A stretch of 64,000 nt of DNA from Octopus vulgaris (Eukaryota), in contig OX597823.1 of assembly GCA_951406725.2 (NCBI GenBank), positions 22,320,001-22,384,000 of the forward strand, given 5' to 3'. Of this stretch, positions 56,131 to 64,000 are shown piece after piece (position 1 is the first letter of the stretch; every line of letters starts with the position of its first letter). Below the pieces are notes generated by a model. It was not told where the DNA came from, made no database searches, and worked only from the letters and a program-made list of their open reading frames with translations. Both the position numbers and the translations under genes were made by a program.

Positions 56131-56530
56131 ATCCTGCAATCAACAGACACATTTGGCCAATCTCAAGCAATCCCGCAATCAACAGATACATTTGACCAAT
56201 ACCAGGCAACAGAAAGATCAACAGACACATTTGGCCAATCCCAGGCAATCCTGCAATCTACAGACACAGTTGGCTAATCCCAGGCAATCCTGCAATCAAC
56301 ACATACATTTGGCCAACTTTGAGCAATTCGGCAATCAACAGATACATTTGACCAATCCCAGGCAATAGAGAGATCAACAGACACATCTGATCAATCCCAG
56401 GCAATCCTGAAATCTACAGACATATTTGGCCAATCCCAGGCAATCCTGCAATCAAAACACACATTTAATCAATCCCAGGCAATCCTGCAATCACCAGACA
56501 CATTTGCCCAATCCCAGGCAAAATCAAAAT
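56131..56530. repeat. 39 bp minisatellite, ~10 diverged copies
   Basis: unit caatcctgcaatcaacagacacatttggccaatcccagg. Confidence 0.9.
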
Positions 56531-56769
56531 CATCAGTCTCCACATTGTGGCTTCATAGCAAAATCCATACCTAAATTGAAATTGCCTTTATGCATCTATC
56601 GCAAATAGATACAGGTTTCTATTTGTCTCGCCTTTAAAAGAAAATCTTTCCTTTAAACACTCATACACCGAAATCGACGGGAGTGACCATTATTGCTTCA
56701 ATCTTCATTGAATTAGAATTAAAACACTCTCGATCATAATAGTGAATTCTCTAGAGATAATTATTTCCA

Positions 56770-56945
56770 CTATAGCTACAAGTGCTTAAATTTGTGGGTG
56801 GTGGGAGCTAGTCTATTAAATCGACCCTCGAGCTCAACAGGTACTCATTTTATTGATTCCGAAAGGATGAAAGACAAAGTTATCTTGGAGGAATTTGAAC
56901 TCAAAAAAGTAAAGACGGAAGAAATGCCGCGAAGCATTTTGTCCT
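56770..56945 (-). mobile_element. family A SINE (old)
   Basis: reverse complement of the core, diverged. Confidence 0.6.
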
Positions 56946-57609
56946 AATGAGAAATTATTGTGAGTGTTTTAATCAAGCACTTGATTTCGTCACTGATTTA
57001 GTCTCGTGAAGCGCAGATGTTTTTGCAAAAGCTCTGTAATACTGTGACGGAGGATTTAGTTTTAGCTGATATTTTGATGAGAAAGAATATAATCCTACAT
57101 TTAGGAAGTAGCTCCTACATTTAGAAGTAGAAATGGAAATATCTTGTGATGTAATCCCAATTTTACTTTTAATTTTCTCTTTATAAAGCCAAAGAGCTTT
57201 TGAGTTCGTCTCAGTTCATTTATAAGAGAGCTTAGGTATTTTAAAATCTTCAATAAAATTTCCGTTAATTTTTTTTTTTGCAGTTGTTTCAAAAACAAAA
57301 TAACAGTGACTCTATTCCCAAGAGCAAGTGATTGTCCGCTTAAAAGAAACTGCTCGGCAATTTCATTGTGCCAAGCTAAAATTACAGTCAAAATCTTATA
57401 TTAGTGTGACAAAAAACATAGATGTAAGATAAGACATTACACGCAGAGCTATATCATTGATCAACCCATATATTTGGAGATTAAGACAAAATGATAGTAC
57501 TTTTAACATAAAGTTGTCTCTACTTGATTTCAAACTTACTTACTAGGATAACATAAGATGGAAGGCACTTTTTGCTTAACCGAAATTATTTTAATATTAG
57601 TGCAGAATA

Positions 57610-58032
57610 AAGCGACGTGCAGGTAAAATCGTTAGCTCACCGGGTAAAATGCTTGGCGGCATTTCGTCCGTCTTTACGTTCTGAGTTCAAATTCCACCGG
57701 GGTCGACTTTGCCTTTCATCATTTTGGGGTCGATAAATTATGTACCAGTGAAACACTGGAGTTGATGTAATAGACTAGTCCCATCCCTGAAAATTTCAGG
57801 CCATGTGTCTTCAGTAGAAAGGATTATTACTGCAGAACAAGGAGGCGAGCTGGAAAAATCGGTAGCACAATGGGTAAATACTTAGCTGCATTTCATCTGT
57901 CTTTACGTTCTGAGTACAAATTCCACCTTTCAGGGTCGATAAAATAAATACCAATTGAGCACTGGGGTCGATGTAATCGACTGTCCCCCTTCCCTGGAAT
58001 TGCTGGCCTTCTGCCAAAGTTTGAAACAATAT
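57610..58032 (+). mobile_element. two adjacent family A SINEs (57610-57827, 57840-58032)
   Basis: tctttacgttctgagt.caaattccacc core twice. Confidence 0.8.
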
Positions 58033-60979
58033 TACGACAAAATTGAAAGAGAACAAATGAAACTGAAGTAGCAGCATTCTTAGTAATTCTTCACAATAAT
58101 GAAATATTTTCGATATATTTTTTACAAGACTGCCTCGCCTCAGAAAAAAATTCGCAACAAGTTTTTGAATATATTTGTTTTCAATTCATTGCTATTTGTT
58201 CTGAACGTTTTTCTTTTCTGTGTCAAGCTCCAAGCCGTTTTTTTTTTAATCAAGGGTCTAATCAATGTCGGACGTGTTTTGAAAGCCACTGACAATATTT
58301 TCCCCCGTGTGTTTGTTCCTCTGGCTTATTCCCTTTTCTTATTCAACCACATTATTTTTCTGTGACCATGTAGTATTTTGGAGTGAATGTAGTTGTGTAA
58401 ATGAATTTAATTGAAATGATTTAATTTTACTCTTAGTAATGTATTTATAGCATATTTTTATATATTGATTTAATTATTTAATAGAATGTTTGCGGTTATT
58501 AACACACACACATACACATATATACGCACACATACGAACACCCAAACAAATAATTAATTGTTTATTTATTCGTTTTTATCCCTCGGCATGCATCAAATTG
58601 TTTTCTTTCCAATTATATTTTCCGAATACTCTATTCAACGGTTTCCTGTTTCGTTGTTCAGATTGTGTTAGGGAATCGGAAATGTAAAATTCAGTCACGA
58701 ACCGTGATAATTATAACTTAATATATTTTGACACCACTTGGCTCTCAGTGCCAAGTTCTCTCTGCTTACCTACTTATATATCATGAAACTGTGAATTCAA
58801 TTGCTTACATATAAAACACACATACACACACACACGCGAGCACACACATACGGATACGAACACATGCACACATCTATGTTAATCCAATTACAATATTTTT
58901 TCATTCATCGCTGTACTTTAATATTTTTTCTTGGTAGGCCATCAATACTAAAAACAAGTGGTTCGATAAATACCCTATTTGCATCTTCCTCACGTTTCAT
59001 TTTTTTCTCACGCCTCTGTGTAAAGCAGAAAAAATAATGATAACACGATTGCTAAATACGTTGGGTCAGCCTTTAATGTTGTTATTGGTACGTTGGAAAT
59101 TATAACGCACACGTTCATACTTATTCCAACATCGTACTGGAAGTGATCGACTTTCACATCACACAGGTAAATGCATGTAAATTCAAAGTAGTCTGTAAAA
59201 GCTTTACGCAGATGTTCAGTTTTTAAAACCTACAAGCCGGTACTAAACAAGATTTCCGTTATACCCTGTCTAATAATTGGTGCCTGCTCATTTGAGTTAG
59301 CAGGGATTTTCCCCTCATTCTGAACACGGCTATTTCTGCTTCAGTCCGTGTTGGATCTGCCGTCAGTTGGTTGGTACTGAATTTTGTTTCTGTCAGAGGA
59401 TATACAACTTTTGAATATGGGTCACATCTCCAATATATGACATTGCCGACAGTTTTGTTTGCATGAAAAGCTATTAAGAATCCATTTATGCTATTCTCTT
59501 CTATTCAGCACTAACTTCATCGTGGCTATCCCCCCAAATAATCGATATCCAGCAGACACAGGAAGACCTAATGAGTTTTGTACCATATTTTCTGTGGTTG
59601 GTCTGAAGATGAATTGCCGCAAAATTATATCCAATAACAAACACAAATCATATGGCTGTTGGCAAAAACATATCCTATATAATAATATATTAACAAAATG
59701 CTTGTATGAAATGCCATTTTGCTAAAAAGTCATTTGATGAAAAATCATGATAAAATTTATAGGCATATATACATGCACATGCATATGCAATACCCACCAC
59801 ACATACACATAGGCATGCGCGCGCAAACCCACACTCATAGAGTAAACAAACTGCTTCCTTAGCCAAAAGAATCATGGTTACAAATTACTAATAACATCTC
59901 ACTAGCAATCTACATTTAGATCCACACACATCTGCTTGATTGACGTGTGTGTGTGTGTGTATTTGTGCGTGTGTGTGTATGTACGTGTGTATGTATGTTT
60001 GTGTGTGCGTGTGTGTGTTTATGTGTGTGTGTGTGTGTATAAGATTCATATCCGGGAATCGCCTTAGTCAATCGTGATGTTGAACACACACACACGCAAA
60101 CACAGATACACACACACACACACACACTCACACGTATACACACACGCATGCAAACAATGACATACAAGTGTGACTATTGCTCGCCTGTATATATCGACAG
60201 ATGCACACTTGTGTGAGTATCGATGTAAGTTTGTATGCGCGCATGGGCATTTCGTCTGTGTGTGCATTCAGAGGCATGCGTATTCGTGTGTATGCATATA
60301 GAGGCATGCGTTGGATGACTGGATCGAGGAGGGATACGGAAAGGGGTACAAGAAGTGCGGAAGGGAGGAGAGATAAGGAAAAGAGTACCATTATGTTCTA
60401 TCTCCTTAGCCCTCGTTCCTTCTGCATTTCTCCATCCACTTTAAATCCCTTTCTGCTTCGTTCCCCGACCCAGCCACCTAACGGTTTCCTCTTTATAAGG
60501 TACATACTAGAGTGCTATATTCACTCTATGGCCGAATTTTTGATCGGTAGAGTCAAAAGTGAAACTTCTGCTTTTGAATTTAATTTTTACATGTATTCAC
60601 CTGATGTAAACGGTCTTTTCGCACGATGTAATACTTCTATTCAACAATAAAAAAAATAACGTGTGAAACAGCTGTAGTGAACCACTATCCATCTGTTGCG
60701 ATTTCTTTATTATTCACCTTACTTGGAACCTGCAATTCCTGTCCATCTGGAGTCCTGTTGAGTGCAGCACAATTGGTGCAGTGTTTGTACCTATGTGCAA
60801 CCTTGTGACTCGCTGCATGTTCAGTTGGCCATTTGTGATTGCACACACAAATCCGTGTTTACTTCAGTAAGAATGTATTTGTTCTTCAAATATTGCTTTA
60901 CGCGATAGCGATTTCACTGACTCGGCCTTGGTACTCTACTATTTATATTTAAAGACCTGATTCGCTTACTTCCTGAATT

Positions 60980-61037
<58 letters not shown>

Positions 61038-61069
61038 CGCGGGCGTGGGTGTTTGTGTTTGAATGTATT

Positions 61070-61285
61070 CCTTTCAAGTTTTGGCACAAGGCCAGCAATT
61101 TCCAAGGAGGGGTAGTTCGATGAGACTGACCCCAGTGCTCAACTAGTACTTATTTTATCGACTCTGAAAGGGATGTAAGATAAAGTCAATCTCGGCAGAA
61201 TTTGAACTCAGAGCGTAAAGAGGAACGAAACGCCGCTAAGCATTTTACTCGACGTCTTAACAATTCTGCCTTCTCGCTGCCTTCA
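61070..61285 (-). mobile_element. family A SINE
   Basis: reverse complement of head and core. Confidence 0.75.
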
Positions 61286-61484
61286 TGTGTGTGTAATTAT
61301 ATTATCCATTTGTATGCTTGTCTAATATCATTTAATATATGAACGTCTGTACGTAGGATTGTGTGAGTACAAGTATCTTACAAACGTCACTATATCTGGT
61401 ATCTTTTATTTTTATACCTTTGTTACTTCGGTGCCGCTTTTTCAAATTTATTACCTCATTGTGATAATATTAATCTCCTATGAA

Positions 61485-61696
61485 GGCGGCGAGCTGGCAG
61501 AATCGTTAGCACGCCGGGCGAAATGCTTAGTGGTATTTCGTCTGTCTTTATGTTCTGAGTTCAAATTCCGCCGAGGTTGACTTTTCCTTTCATCCTTTCG
61601 GGGTCGATAAATTAAATACCAGTTGCGTACTGGGGTCATCTAATCGACAGGCCCCCTCAACCAAAAGTTACGGGTCTTGTGCCTAGAGTAGAAGAG
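61485..61696 (+). mobile_element. full-length family A SINE with a ~19 bp TSD
   Basis: aatattaatctccta(t/c)gaa at 61466-61484 and 61697-61715. Confidence 0.9.
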
Positions 61697-62253
61697 AATA
61701 TTAATCTCCTACGAACTCCATAAACTCCATTTTTACAGATAAGTGATTGATCTTAAAACTACATCCCTTTCAACCTGGAGTTTGTAGAAGAGGCATGTGA
61801 CTGGACGCTTTACCAATTCCTACTTCTGCTCTCCTTTTGACAATTGAAATGTACAAACTTTTCCCGGTTTCTCTTGGTGAATTCATTGCGACAATAAATT
61901 AATAAGCAATAGGTAGAAAAGTACCTGAAGAAACGAATCACTGAACATCTATGCAGTACCTCAAAGTTAAATAAAATGTGTTCGGTAAGTCTTTTGAAAC
62001 ATAGCTAAGTACTTCAACAGACTTATTGCATAATTAGTAACGTTTGTTGCTTTATAGTATAGTTGTATAATTCGGTTATCTTCTCGGAATTTCTGGCTAA
62101 TTTGATATTGGACGAAGTGGTTTGGATACATTGATTAATAAACTTCATTGATTGATTATCAACCACTTCGTGTTATGTATAAAAGTCTTGTCTATGTTTG
62201 AGAGAGTAATCAACCGTCTGTACCATACCTATATTGGATCTCACTATTATATA

Positions 62254-63520
62254 TCAGGTGATCCCATAAGTTCTGTCCGAATTTTGAATAAAGAAAACAA
62301 GTGATCCAATGTTATATTTAATTGAAATTTAGTCATCAATGTACTTTTCCTGATTTTCTATGACTTCCTTCCATCTATTTACAAGCGTTTTAATCCCTTC
62401 AATGTAAAACTCTTTTGGTTTCAGAGCGAAGAACTCTGAAATGTCAGTTCCGATCTCCTCCTGGCTTGCGAAAGTTATGTCCCCCAAATGGTTCTGTAAA
62501 CTACGAAACAAATGGTAGTCTGAAGGAGCAAGGTCGGGAGAATAAGTAGATGAGGAATATTTTCCCAACCAAGCTTTTCGATCTTCTGTGATGTGATCTT
62601 TGGATTGTGGGGTCGCGCATTGTCCTGATGAAATATCACTATTTTTCGGTTCACTAAAGTTTGGCTCAAACGTTCTAATTGCTGACAGTATACTTGAGCA
62701 TTGATTGTTGCATTAGGCGGTAACAATTCAAAGTGAATTACTCCTTTGCAATCCAAACAGATATAGAGAAGACCCTTTTTCCTATGAAGTTCCCTTTTCG
62801 GTTGTGGTTGAGCTTTTCCCCTTTTACCAAGCCACTGTTTGCGACGTTTAACATTTCGATAGAAGATCCATTTTTCGTCGCCAGTCGCTAGTCTATCCAA
62901 AAAGGGTGAAATGTGTTTCCGAGAATGGAGAGAAGAGCATATCTCAACTCAGGATTTGTGGTTGCTTTCGGACAATTCATGAGGCACCCATTTTCCAAGT
63001 TTAGGAAACTTTCCAAGTTGTTGAAGATGACGATGAGAAGTTGTATGGTTTGAACTAAGCTTTATTCCTAATTCTTCAATTGATAATGCAGGATTTTCTT
63101 CAAGTAATGAATCAAGGAACTTATCATCAAACTCAGCTGGACGTCCTGTTCGATCTTCCTCTTCAAGACTGAAATCTCCGCTTCTGAAGTTTGTAAACCA
63201 TCTTCTGCAAGTTCTTTCATTCAAGCATTCTTTCCCATAAAGTAAGCGTATGTTTCGAGTCGCTTCGGCTGCAGAGTTTCCTTTTCTTGTACTCATAAAG
63301 CATTATGTGCCTCAAATGCTCTTTGGATACTTCCACGTTAGAAAGGGTTTTAATTAAAGAAATTTTCATTCTATTATTCTGTAAAATAATATTTAATTAG
63401 TTTAAATGTACACAAATGCCTAAAAATAATTTTAAATTCCATTAGACATTCTAAAATACTATTAAATTTCGTTCAGTTTTAAAAAAGGTAAAATCGGACA
63501 TAAGTTATGGAATGGCTTGA
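62254..63520 (-). mobile_element. full-length but defective mariner element
   Basis: TA|TCAGGTGATCCCATAAGTTCTGTCCGA ... TCGGACATAAGTTATGGAATGGCTTGA|TA; ~1.27 kb. Confidence 0.93.
62329..63336 (-). pseudogene. mariner D,D34D transposase pseudogene
   Basis: WVPHEL, TGDEKW, HQDNARPH, YSPDLAPSDYHLF; start is GTG, with an internal stop and frameshifts. Confidence 0.93.
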
Positions 63521-64000
63521 TACATGTGTGTGTGTGTGTGTAAATACGCTCATTATATGTGTACATAAATATATACATACATATTTCAGTAATGTTGATT
63601 ATTGTTTCAGTTCGCCAATTATACAAAGTATCGTGCCATCTGATCGTCTTTTTTTTTTTTTTATAAATGAGTACAATTTTCCTGACATACAGTATTGAAA
63701 AAAACAGCGTGTTGGTTTGTATTTCCAGTTTGTTTATATTTTCTTATATTCGATTCCTTTTTGCTAACGGTAGACTTGTTGAACGAAAAATTTTAAACAT
63801 GAGCTTATTAATGTTGCCTCTCTCCATTTTATGGTATCCTTTTCAATATAAAACCAATGCTCCTTTTAGGTATTTATCATTACTGCTACTCTTAGCTTCA
63901 GATTGATACAAGTCGATGTTTTAAGGCTTGCTTTTTATACTAGTGTTGACGTACTTTTTGCGGTTTCAACAATGGCTGTTATATTTTTCCTGAAATATTT

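Noticed and set aside
56131-56530. CRISPR-like periodicity
   Set aside because: Contiguous tandem units without unique spacers; eukaryotic context, no cas genes
60715-60860. Possible minus-strand exon (ICVCNHKWP...CTNC...) ending at a GTAAG donor-like site
   Set aside because: Short, no clear acceptor, no recognisable family and no neighbouring exons

Overview
AT-rich eukaryotic DNA saturated with repeats. The microsatellite load ((TA)n, (TAA)n, (AGAT)n, (TACA)n, (CA)n) and the SINE families strongly resemble a coleoid cephalopod (Octopus-like) genome; this is an inference. No host exon is recognisable, and most ORF-track entries are microsatellite artefacts. The window holds a ~5.3 kb head-to-head foldback of a young Penelope-like element (PLE, Neptune-type; RT + GIY-YIG) inserted in (TA)n. 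It also holds many short non-autonomous PLE-like inserts in (TA)n, arranged as hairpins, tandem copies or tandem+inverted copies. Other elements are R4/Dong-type LINEs in (TAA)n, CR1 and RTE fragments, mariner and pogo transposons and MITEs, Helitron/Helentron pieces, and about 20 tRNA-derived SINEs. The most notable signal is a dense set of hammerhead ribozyme (HHR) motifs read by eye in the (TA)n-inserted elements. These include variants with compensatory core pairs (U3-A8, G3-C8) and, in two sequence-divergent families (49566-49626; 51681-51742 and 52461-52522), a non-circularly permuted, pseudoknotted HHR topology with covarying stems. None of these folds or activities has been tested computationally or experimentally.
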